Shown one piece after another: positions 30,387 to 39,684 of a stretch of 64,000 nt of DNA. The position numbers were made by a program, and so were the translations under genes. Below the pieces are notes generated by a model, which made no database searches, was not told the DNA's origin, and was given only the letters and a program-made list of their open reading frames with translations. How positions within the stretch are numbered: position 1 is the stretch's first letter; each line of letters starts with the position of its first letter. The stretch is from Marsupella aquatica (taxonomy: Eukaryota > Plantae > Marchantiophyta), in assembly GCA_973895155.1 (NCBI GenBank), contig OZ316892.1, positions 386,917 to 450,916 of the forward strand. The letters are read 5' to 3'.

Positions 30387-33300
30387 ATGACTGACCTTAC
30401 GCCGAGGGAAGAAAGAGTGATTCAACGGGAGAGAGCTCGACTGCAGCAGCTCACCGGGTGGCATGATACACAGCGACTGAGAGGGGCAGAAAGAGCTGGT
30501 AGCTCCGAAACTGGAAGTGGCGTCGAAGAAGACATACCAGAAGAAGAGTCGGTAAGGAGAAGTGAGTCTCCAACCGACATGGGGGAACCAGAGGCACGGC
30601 CAGACGAGAGGCCAGGGACCAGATTGAGCCAGCGGTCGCGCATACATTACAAGGCATTTCATGGGAGAGGAGATGAGGATCCGGACGAATGGTTGGATGA
30701 TTTCGAGGGAACCGCTGCAGCAAATGGAGAATTGGCCATCAAGATGCAGATTCTTCCCGGCCTGTTCAAGGGTGAGGCTAGGCCTTGGTACAGAGCATTA
30801 GATGTGGAAGATCAAGCCATCTGGGATATCTTCAAAACACTCTTTGTTAAGGAGTTTCGACCCATTGGAACTTCAGAACTAGCAGTGCTGAAGTTGGGAC
30901 AACTTCGGTTCAAGGAGAACAAATCCTTCAGGAAGTTCTTGCAACGCTTTCAGAAACTGGTAAGACGTACAAAGACCAATGCATCTGAAGGTATGCAACT
31001 TCAATGGTTGGTGAATGCTTTGCCACAGAAGATGAGTTTTGCAATTAGGAAGGAGAACCCGGAGACTTTAGCCGAAGCAATTAAGGATATTCAATTATAC
31101 ATTAATGCAGATATCACAAGCCGGAAGAAACAGCTTAAGTCTGAGAGTTCCTCATCAGAGGAGGGATCACCCCATAAGAAAAAAGATAAGAAGAAGAAAC
31201 ATCCCAAGAAGTCTAGAAGTGATAAGTCAAGCTCGGATAGTGGGAGTAGCAAGAGTGAGTCATCTTCTAGTTCTGAAGAAGAAAAAACTAGGAAAAGGAA
31301 GGGCAGAAGGAGAGGGAAGACGAAAGTCAAGATGGAGGCTAAGCCACCAGATAACATCGTAGCCCTTACCGAGCAACTTAAGGCTATCATTGCAGAGGTA
31401 AAACCAAAGAAGAAGGTAGTACAGGAGGATAGCTCTGTATGGTGTGCCTTATGTTATAAAACCGGACACCATAAAGATGCGTGTCCTAAGCTTAATACTA
31501 ATCATGTTCGGCATGTGGCCGAGATCAGACCATGTCAGGGAGAAGTAGAGTACTTTTTGGGAGATGCCGCTGATAGTGTTTTCGGCATCAGTGAGACTGG
31601 AGCACGAGACCTATCCAACAGACCTGCATCTCTGTGGTCAGGGTTAAGGAACAATCCAGGAGAGATGTATCCTCGGATTATTCAGAACCCGTCAGTACCT
31701 CCTAGGCCGAATGTGCAAAGATTTGCGGCGTGCTATAATTGTGGTCAACCTGGCCATTTTGCTAGAGAATGCCCGAATGCACGCAAACAGGGTGATGGAC
31801 AACCAGCTCAGCTATGTATGGGATGTCGACAGGAAGGTCATATGCTAGGGCAATGTCCTACTTGGTTGGCAGGCCTGGCCGCAAATCATAAGCTTTTGCC
31901 GATCAAGATCTTACCGCCAGGTACTACCCCCGGAGGAGTTCAAATCAACCACATCGAACTAGGATGGCAAGAGGATGCCGAGGCAGAGTTCGTACCATCT
32001 GATGATGAGGCCGAAGCCCTATCAACCTTCTCAGAGGAGGATTTAGATCATGATTGCTACCGGGTCTCTACTCGATCTACCAGAAGGAAGGAAAGGTGGG
32101 ATGGGCTGGCCAAAAATAAAGGGAAGGTTACGGAGGAAAGGATCGACTCTTCGTCAACATCAACAGAAGGAGAAGGGAGGGCTCCGGCAATACAGGTAAG
32201 CCATGAGCCCACCAGTGAAACCAATCCTTCACAAGATAGCGACTTCAATCGAGATCATCCTAAGTTGTTCTACCCCTCTGTTACGGCTAGTGTTAAGGAA
32301 CAACTAAGAGAATTAGAAACCCTGGAGAATACCGAAGCCATTGCCAAGGATGTAAAACGAGCAAAAGCATTGTTTGCTTCGGAAGACCCAACAGCTGTGG
32401 AGACTAGCGTGGCAAAACTGGCCGAATCCAAGACGGAAACACCACCAGAAGAGAAGCCGATTGTTCCCTATGACCTGGCTAAAGATGTACTAGAATCTAG
32501 AGTCTCGGCAACAGTAGGTCAACTATTGAAAAATAGCCCGTACTTCCGGAAGCAATTAAGGAAGGCTATTCTCGGCAAGCCGAGATTACCCAAGGTAGCA
32601 ACCAGATCCGACGTACTAATGATAGAAGAAGATCAAGGAGCCCCAGCATTACCATTAATGATTCAAGGAGAATTATTACTACGGGTACCCATCGATGGAG
32701 GATCAGGGGTATGTATTATGATTGATTCAACAGCAAAAGGGTGGGGTCTAACACCGGAGATGACTGGAAGAGTGTTGAACATGGCCAATGGATATCAGGT
32801 CATTCCGACGGGAGTGTTAACCGGCATCAAGACAGAGATAGGAGGTATCTTCTTTAGCATTAACTATGTAGTAATGAAGCCGGTAAATCCTACGTCATTC
32901 CGGCTATTGATTGGTAGGCCATGGCTGTACCTAGCCGAGGTAATAGAAGATTGGGGTAAAAAGCAGTTCACTTTCGGGACCCCCTCTATCACGGTATCCT
33001 GGGACACTAAGGATGACCATAGGAAAAGCATAAGGGAAGTAGATGGGTACGACAGTGGACTGGAGTCAGCCGATGAAGTACGTTGGTTAGAATGCCTCAC
33101 TAACCTAACCGAAGAAGGTGTCTTTGGACCAGAGGTAGCCCCCAGCGGATTATGGCAAGAACCAATGGAAGGTGACTTGGAAGAAGAAGACGAAGAGGTC
33201 GAGGACTGCTTTACAATAGAATCCACCTTTTTAGCTGCAATTCCGGAGGAAGTAAAGGATGTAGACCAATTGGATGAAACGGCTAAGTGGGGAGCAGTAG

Positions 33301-33464
33301 CAGGGACAGTGGATTTTCTGCAGGCGTTGTGGCAGAGCCGACGGGGTCCACAACGCCATCGATCATCGGCAAGGAATAAATACCAAGGGATCGGCATACA
33401 AGCCGATTACGAGGGCAGAACAAATCGAGGCCCTATTAGAAGCCGAGAGAGCACAGCGGCCTAA
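30387..33464 (+). CDS. gag: Gag-protease ORF, copy 1 (open; the C-terminal ~28 aa arise from a 1-nt deletion near 33377)
   Basis: Retrotrans_gag-like FHGRGDEDPDEWLDDF..GEARPWY; three CX2CX4HX4C knuckles; protease IDGGSG and LLIGRPWL. Confidence 0.92.
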   Translation: MTDLTPREERVIQRERARLQQLTGWHDTQRLRGAERAGSSETGSGVEEDIPEEESVRRSESPTDMGEPEARPDERPGTRLSQRSRIHYKAFHGRGDEDPDEWLDDFEGTAAANGELAIKMQILPGLFKGEARPWYRALDVEDQAIWDIFKTLFVKEFRPIGTSELAVLKLGQLRFKENKSFRKFLQRFQKLVRRTKTNASEGMQLQWLVNALPQKMSFAIRKENPETLAEAIKDIQLYINADITSRKKQLKSESSSSEEGSPHKKKDKKKKHPKKSRSDKSSSDSGSSKSESSSSSEEEKTRKRKGRRRGKTKVKMEAKPPDNIVALTEQLKAIIAEVKPKKKVVQEDSSVWCALCYKTGHHKDACPKLNTNHVRHVAEIRPCQGEVEYFLGDAADSVFGISETGARDLSNRPASLWSGLRNNPGEMYPRIIQNPSVPPRPNVQRFAACYNCGQPGHFARECPNARKQGDGQPAQLCMGCRQEGHMLGQCPTWLAGLAANHKLLPIKILPPGTTPGGVQINHIELGWQEDAEAEFVPSDDEAEALSTFSEEDLDHDCYRVSTRSTRRKERWDGLAKNKGKVTEERIDSSSTSTEGEGRAPAIQVSHEPTSETNPSQDSDFNRDHPKLFYPSVTASVKEQLRELETLENTEAIAKDVKRAKALFASEDPTAVETSVAKLAESKTETPPEEKPIVPYDLAKDVLESRVSATVGQLLKNSPYFRKQLRKAILGKPRLPKVATRSDVLMIEEDQGAPALPLMIQGELLLRVPIDGGSGVCIMIDSTAKGWGLTPEMTGRVLNMANGYQVIPTGVLTGIKTEIGGIFFSINYVVMKPVNPTSFRLLIGRPWLYLAEVIEDWGKKQFTFGTPSITVSWDTKDDHRKSIREVDGYDSGLESADEVRWLECLTNLTEEGVFGPEVAPSGLWQEPMEGDLEEEDEEVEDCFTIESTFLAAIPEEVKDVDQLDETAKWGAVAGTVDFLQALWQSRRGPQRHRSSARNKYQGIGIQADYEGRTNRGPIRSRESTAA
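33311..33370 (+). promoter_or_regulatory. putative -1 frameshift signal, copy 1
   Basis: G_GAT_TTT then GGCGTTGTGG...CCACAACGCC stem. Confidence 0.7.
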
Positions 33465-34955
33465 CTCTCAGGAGCAAGAGGTGGATGAGATGGACAGACA
33501 CGATCTAGAGCCAAGGCAGGAAGGGGAGCCGACCACTAATTCAAAACCGAATAGACCGGTAAGGGGACAATCTATGGACACCAAGGAAGGGACCGACTCG
33601 GCTAGTCCAGCCGAGATCCCAGTTTATGGAGGTATGAGATTAGAGAGACTGGAAGCCGAACTGGACCCGAATTTGAAGAAGCAGATTAATATGATCCAAG
33701 CACGGCAATATCGGAAGCTCGACTTAGGAGAGGGAAGAGAACTGAACTTAGGGAGAAACCTAGCACCTGAGCTCGAGAAAGAGATCAGTGACTTATTGAT
33801 TGAATTTCAGGATGTGTTTGCATGGAGTCACCAAGATCTAAAGGGAGTAGATCCAACACTAGGGGAACATCGAATTGATCTCATGTTAGGAGCCAAATCA
33901 TTTCGACAACCAATTCGAAGGATGAACCCGAAGTATTCCCTGCTGGTCAAAACAGAAATCGACAAACTAGTGGAAGCTGGATTCATCACTCCAGTCCTGC
34001 ATTCAGACTGGGTGTCTCCAATTGTGATAGTTCCCAAGAAAGCTGGACCCGATGGTAAACCCAAGATCCGGGTTTGTCAGGATTACAGGAAGCTGAATGA
34101 AGCAACATTAAAAGACCATTTTCCTTTACCGTTTACTAATATGGTACTAGACATGGTAGCCAGTCATGAACTATATTCATTCATGGATGGATACTCTAGT
34201 TATAACCAAATCAGGATTCGGCAGGAAGACCAAATCAAGACGGCCTTCATCACGGAATGGGGGATCTATGTCTTCAATCGTATGCCGTTTGGACTCTGCA
34301 ACGCACCAGCTATGTTCCAACGATTAATGGTGAACATTTTTCATGATTACTTGAGAAAGTTCATGGAAATCTTCATTGATGACTTTGCAGTATTCGGGAA
34401 GGCATCGAAACATGCTAAATACCTCAGGAAAACCTTCATGAGATGTAGAGAGGTGGGTCTCAAGTTACACCCAGATAAATGTTTTTTTGCAGTAACCGAG
34501 GGGGTGCTACTAGGTCACAAGGTATCAAGGAAGGGCATTGAGATTGACAAAGGTAAGCTAGCAGTATGGCTAGATATCATGCAACCTAAGAACATAAAGG
34601 ATGTAAGATCCTTCTTGGGATGCATTGGTTACTATCGCCGGTTCATCAAGGATTTTGCCAAGCTAGCTTTACCATTAACCAATATGCTCAAGGCAGGAGC
34701 AGACTTCGAACCCACACCCGAACGAGTCACAGCGGTGGTAGAATTAAAGCAGATGTTAGTAGAGGCCCCAGTCATGATAGCACCGGACTGGAACAAAGAT
34801 TTTCATGTTTTTGTAGATGTCTCGGGCTTCTGTATTGGCTCAGTACTAAGTCAGTTGGATGAGAAAGGAAGGGACCATCCCATATACTTCGCAAGCCGTC
34901 AGCTTGCCGATGCCGAACGGAACTACTCTACCACGGAAAGAGAAGCATTAGGAGT
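33379..34955 (+). pseudogene. pol: pol copy 1: RT plus partial RNase H, truncated exactly at the start of LTR D; no integrase or PPT
   Basis: CQDYRKLN, MPFGLCNAP, FIDD; EREALGV joined to TGTGATG; upstream 1-nt deletion breaks the frame after the shift site. Confidence 0.93.
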
Positions 34956-37900
34956 TGTGATGCCTAGACAGGAATCACTCGGCCGGTTAAGTGGGTAAAG
35001 CAGGAAGGCACCCTAGGAACACCTTAGTATAGTGACAAAACAAGGAAAATATAAACAATTAGGGGCAACCATGGAACCCGGGCAGAGGCCGGAGGTAAGG
35101 CTGAGGGTGAAAACCCGATTAGGGTTAGGGCGCGTTAAGCGTCGGCGGCTAGGAAGGATCAACGGGAAGAAGGACCGGCAGAGGAGAGGGGTAAGGAGCG
35201 CTTGCAGGAGATGGTGGCTCATTTGCGAGCACGAACTAGGCAGACGACTACGGGAGGCCAACTACTGTCAGCTGCTTAGGCAAGCACTCGGGGAGAGAGT
35301 AGATACCGACGATCGACCTAAGGAGGGTATGAGCAACGTCAATCAAGCGGCACATTTCTGGGGATGCCTGTTCGAACGGGCAACTGAGTACATCAAGACT
35401 TACGAGGACGAGGAGTCAGAAAGGGCAGCTCGAGAACGGCAGGAGCTCGCTCGATTGTGGGAGCTGCAGAAGACGGCTTTCTTAGGAGGCGAACTCATCA
35501 AGGACGAGTTCCTGTGGACGCCTACTTCCAATCAACTCGACGATCTTCTGTTTTGCAAAGACAGCGTCGTCGGCATCCGAGAGGCCATCAAGAACTGCAA
35601 CGACATACACTGGGAATTAAAGGGTAGCACGGAAAGGTGGACCCAGGCAACGGTGCTAGGAGAAACCTCCACGGCAGTAGAGATGAAGAGGAAGGGAGCC
35701 GTCAACGATGAAGCCTCCCCGGCAAAAAGAACGAGGTCGGCGGCACCAAAGAAGCCAGCCGAGCAGCAGAGCAGGAGGCAGGGAGAAGCCGAAGAGGAGG
35801 AGGTCGATCCCATCAAGGCCATTCCAACCAGGGATGACACCTGGAAGGGCTGGGCGGCAACCCTACCGGTGGAGGTGCAACTACATTTTGCACGGGAGGA
35901 GGATGCATGCTTTACGGCCATGCAGACCAAGAAGTACCAAGGCTTCATGGCCGGATCCGGCTTGGAGGCCTTTGTAAGATTACCATGGCTGAAGCCGGAG
36001 GTACCGGAGTCAGACCTATTAGAATTCGTGGGGTCATGGGAACCCGAGACCAATTGCACGAGGATATATGGGAAGGATTTCTATCTTACTCCCAAGGTAA
36101 TTGCCGAAGTGTTTGGCCTGCCGATAGGCAATAAGACCAAAGTTGATACCAGGAAGACCTTGCCTGACAAGGAGTTCCGGTCGTTCCCCGGGCCATCAAC
36201 GAAGAATGGCTTCTTCCGGAACACCTGCACCAACCCGCACATAGGAGAGATGATCGACTTCTTGCGGGTGACCATGCATTGTAACTTACCGAGGGCAGAG
36301 ATCGGCAAGGCACAGGTCTATCTGGCAGAAAGGCCAGACCCAAGCCGGGACTACAACGGGTACCTCCTCAACCAATTGAAGAAGATCTTAAAGGAGGAGC
36401 AGCAGGTAATCGGCATGGGGAGCGTGTCGCGGCTTGGCTATCACATGCCGCTGTTGTGCCGGTATGCCAGAAGTCAGACTTTTGCCCCGGTACTTCCCCT
36501 GCAGGTAAGGGCACCCGAGGAAGCTCCAACGCCGAGGCCGTTGGCTGAGAAGCCTCAACCACCTGTTAGTCCTACGATCGAGCAGGTGTTTAGGCCCAGG
36601 AAGGAAGACTTGCCGATGCAGCAACCAGGCATGCAGAGTCTGCTGAAACTACTGGAGAAAGAAAAGAAATCGGCATCGGCAACAACAACGGCAACGGCAA
36701 CAATGCAGGACACTACTATAGAGGTAGGCCTACACCGGCTCACAAGAGAAAACCCCTTTGCTGGAGACAAGGAGAGAATCAGGCCAGAATCCAAGCCAGG
36801 TGTTCGAATGTACGTGGGAACCTCAAGCTCCGAATCTGAGGCAGAATTGCCTGAAGCTCCTACCGACGAAGAGGAGAGGGAGAAGCCGGACGTCCAAGAG
36901 GTAGAGGAGGCAGTGGAGGACTGCAACCATGATAATTCCGGCTATGGGTCGGACCATCACGTTCCAGGAGTAAGGACCTGTGGCCGGTTTGTCCCCACAC
37001 TTCCAAGGGTAGTGCGAGGGGACCCCAACCAGCAGAGTAGCCCTGAGTCTCCCCCACCAGATGTTGCTCCCCCGAGCTTCGACGGCATAAAACAGACGGT
37101 GCAGGAATTTCAGGAGCGAATCAAGCAGGAGGAAGAGGCCGCCCTGGCTAAGGAAAAGGATTTACCAGGAGGAGATTGGCCGGAGGACATCAGGCGGCTA
37201 GCCGAAAAAGGAAGCAAACCTCTAGCCACGATTGAAGAGATCCGCAGGACGGCGTGGGAGCAGAGGCCACGATGGCCGATGCCGATCACTTCTACTTACT
37301 CCACCTACGCTAAGAATAGAGCCATGGAGTATGGTGAGATGTGTGGGGAACTTGCGCTCGGCATCTTTGGAGAGGAGTTGGAGGTAGGACCCTTTTTCCA
37401 TAGGGAGCAGTTGGAGAAGCACCAATTAGAAGAAGCGGTGGCTTTAGAGAGAAGCAAGAAGGACGAGGTCATTCGGCGGCTTAGGAGGATGGGAGCCGAG
37501 ATTGAAGATCTAAGGGCGGCCAAGAAAGCCCAAGATGAACTGCGGATTAAACGACATAAGCTGAACATCATGCAGGGGCAGTTGGACGCCGCGCAGGCTG
37601 ATAATCAGAATATCAAGGATAAACTGACTCAGACGCAGGAAGAGTTGGCCGACACGATCAAAGAGAGGGAAAAGTGGAAGCAAGAGCTGAAGAATACAGA
37701 GGAGGCCCACATAACAGCCAACAGCCGGGCCATGGCGGAGACCCAAAGAAAGGAATGGGCGTTGAAAGGGGAGCTCGAGAAAATCCGCGGAGCCCTTGAG
37801 CAGAAGGAGGTCGAGTTAGGGAAATCCTATCAAGGGATTATGGCGCTGCAGCAGGAGCTTGCATCCCTGACGGCCAGCTTCAAGGCCGACCTAAGGGAGA

Positions 37901-39615
37901 AGGACGAGATGCTCGAACAGACTTACGCCAAGATGAACCAGATGGAGTCTGTTATCATTGCAGAGCTCGACAAGGAGCTAAGAGCAACCCAGGAGGAGAG
38001 GGCTACCTTGAAGAAGGAATTGGAGGAAGCCCACAGGGAGCAGGAGGAGGCCAAAAACGAGCTGGAGGGGGCACGTAAGGACCTGGATGAAACCCAAGAG
38101 GAGTTGGAGGAAATCACGAGGAAGATGGAGAACCTACAGCGGCGGGCCGACAACCAAACAGAGCGGCTGAAGAAACAAGCCGCAGTATTTAAATGCTTAG
38201 CTGCAGCAGGTCCATCTCCCGTTGGGACAAACCAGTTACCAGGGGTGGTAATTGCCGAAGGACAAGCCGCATCAACTGCACCAGTGCCGAAAGTAAGTGG
38301 GAAGGGGAAGGGACCAGCTGCCGAGCCACCAACGAAGAAGAAGCGGAAACCTCCAGGGTCAAGGAGTAATACGACTTCACAGGCCGTGGTGATCAAGGAG
38401 GTAGACCCAGCACCGACCCCAGACAGGGTCACGGCTAAGGATCCAACTACCCTAGGGGAAGGGGAGGCCGAAGCCGAGGGAGTGGCTGAAGCCGAAGCCG
38501 TGGGAGTGGCTGAGGCCGAAGCCGTGGGTATTGCCGAGGCCGGTGTCGAGGCTGAAGCCGAAGGTGGACCCAGTCAGGCCGATGGAGAGTTGACTCGGTC
38601 AAGGGCAGGTAATCTGTCAGTAGGCGGGCCAATGGCAGTGGCTGAGGAGGAAGTGTTGGGGGCGTCCATTGAGGATCCACTGCCGGTGTCGTGACGGTGC
38701 AAGGGCGCCGTTCCTTTTAGGGAGGGCGGACGTGGAGGGAGGAGGCGTGAGTGGGCAGGGCGGGCGTGGATCTCCACGTTTAGGATTAGGATCAGAACCA
38801 GGAGCGGCCCTGACACTTAGCTTAGTGGGATTGCGGTCCCACTGGTAGGAGCAACACTTGTGCTCCTGCCTTGCTGTACATAGGTAGATTCGGGCAAGTA
38901 GATTACTGTTAAGTAGATTAGGCTTACGATGCAAAGAATGGCGGATCCACTACCAGGATAAGTACCTAGGCAGCGGGGAGCTCAGGGCCTCTTCTTTAGC
39001 AAGTTTTTAGTTTGCACCAGTCGGGCTGGGATCAAGTAGTACAAGAAGCTCTCGGTTAGTCATACAGTGACCCTTGTGTATATTCATGTTTCCTCATGCC
39101 TAAGAGCTGAATAGAGTTGGCCTCACGGCTTAGTTCGCAGAACTTGTGTATGAGATGTACTGTTTGTATGGCAAGTGCATGGTATGACTCAGTCAGAATG
39201 AGTCATTTTGCTATTTGTGTGTCGCATTAACTTGTGTGAAGAGTGCCCACATCAACAGAAGGAAGGAAAGTAAGCAGGGGAGTGAGAGTTGGATGTGTCG
39301 AGCTGAGAGAGGTCTTAGCGGCTTAACCAAGCCTATTGGGGATCATTCCGGCGGCGGAATCCAAACATACCTAACAAAACGGAGGGGAAGACAGGGGAAG
39401 ACAGGGGAAGGCCTATATTAGGCCGGCTACGTATCTCATGACCCGATGAAGGATCTGTCCAGTATATGTGTGTAAAATGTTAATAGTAGTAGTAGAAGGT
39501 TAGCAGCGTCCCATACCGCTAAGCCGCGGAAACGGCCTCGCCAAGCACGAAACCTGCGGGAATCGGCTTGAGCTGGGGGGTTTCTTGGGTTTAGGGAGCC
39601 ATGGGACGCACCACA
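34956..39615 (+). repeat. complete 4660-bp LTR D, shared between two internal regions
   Basis: TGTGATG...CACCACA followed by TTTT and the PBS. Confidence 0.95.
35071..38694 (+). CDS. LTR-encoded 1207-aa accessory protein, intact copy in LTR D
   Basis: Near-identical to 17426-21049; the GTG at 35032 is polymorphic among copies, so the ATG at 35071 is preferred. Confidence 0.88.
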   Translation: MEPGQRPEVRLRVKTRLGLGRVKRRRLGRINGKKDRQRRGVRSACRRWWLICEHELGRRLREANYCQLLRQALGERVDTDDRPKEGMSNVNQAAHFWGCLFERATEYIKTYEDEESERAARERQELARLWELQKTAFLGGELIKDEFLWTPTSNQLDDLLFCKDSVVGIREAIKNCNDIHWELKGSTERWTQATVLGETSTAVEMKRKGAVNDEASPAKRTRSAAPKKPAEQQSRRQGEAEEEEVDPIKAIPTRDDTWKGWAATLPVEVQLHFAREEDACFTAMQTKKYQGFMAGSGLEAFVRLPWLKPEVPESDLLEFVGSWEPETNCTRIYGKDFYLTPKVIAEVFGLPIGNKTKVDTRKTLPDKEFRSFPGPSTKNGFFRNTCTNPHIGEMIDFLRVTMHCNLPRAEIGKAQVYLAERPDPSRDYNGYLLNQLKKILKEEQQVIGMGSVSRLGYHMPLLCRYARSQTFAPVLPLQVRAPEEAPTPRPLAEKPQPPVSPTIEQVFRPRKEDLPMQQPGMQSLLKLLEKEKKSASATTTATATMQDTTIEVGLHRLTRENPFAGDKERIRPESKPGVRMYVGTSSSESEAELPEAPTDEEEREKPDVQEVEEAVEDCNHDNSGYGSDHHVPGVRTCGRFVPTLPRVVRGDPNQQSSPESPPPDVAPPSFDGIKQTVQEFQERIKQEEEAALAKEKDLPGGDWPEDIRRLAEKGSKPLATIEEIRRTAWEQRPRWPMPITSTYSTYAKNRAMEYGEMCGELALGIFGEELEVGPFFHREQLEKHQLEEAVALERSKKDEVIRRLRRMGAEIEDLRAAKKAQDELRIKRHKLNIMQGQLDAAQADNQNIKDKLTQTQEELADTIKEREKWKQELKNTEEAHITANSRAMAETQRKEWALKGELEKIRGALEQKEVELGKSYQGIMALQQELASLTASFKADLREKDEMLEQTYAKMNQMESVIIAELDKELRATQEERATLKKELEEAHREQEEAKNELEGARKDLDETQEELEEITRKMENLQRRADNQTERLKKQAAVFKCLAAAGPSPVGTNQLPGVVIAEGQAASTAPVPKVSGKGKGPAAEPPTKKKRKPPGSRSNTTSQAVVIKEVDPAPTPDRVTAKDPTTLGEGEAEAEGVAEAEAVGVAEAEAVGIAEAGVEAEAEGGPSQADGELTRSRAGNLSVGGPMAVAEEEVLGASIEDPLPVS

Positions 39616-39619
39616 TTTT

Positions 39620-39637
39620 TGGCGCTAGATGGAGGGG
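39620..39637 (+). promoter_or_regulatory. primer-binding site, copy 2
   Basis: TGGCGCTAGATGGAGGGG after LTR D. Confidence 0.75.
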
Positions 39638-39684
39638 GCATTTCTTAAGCCGTGAGATATGAAGTTAGAACGGAAGCGTAGGTA

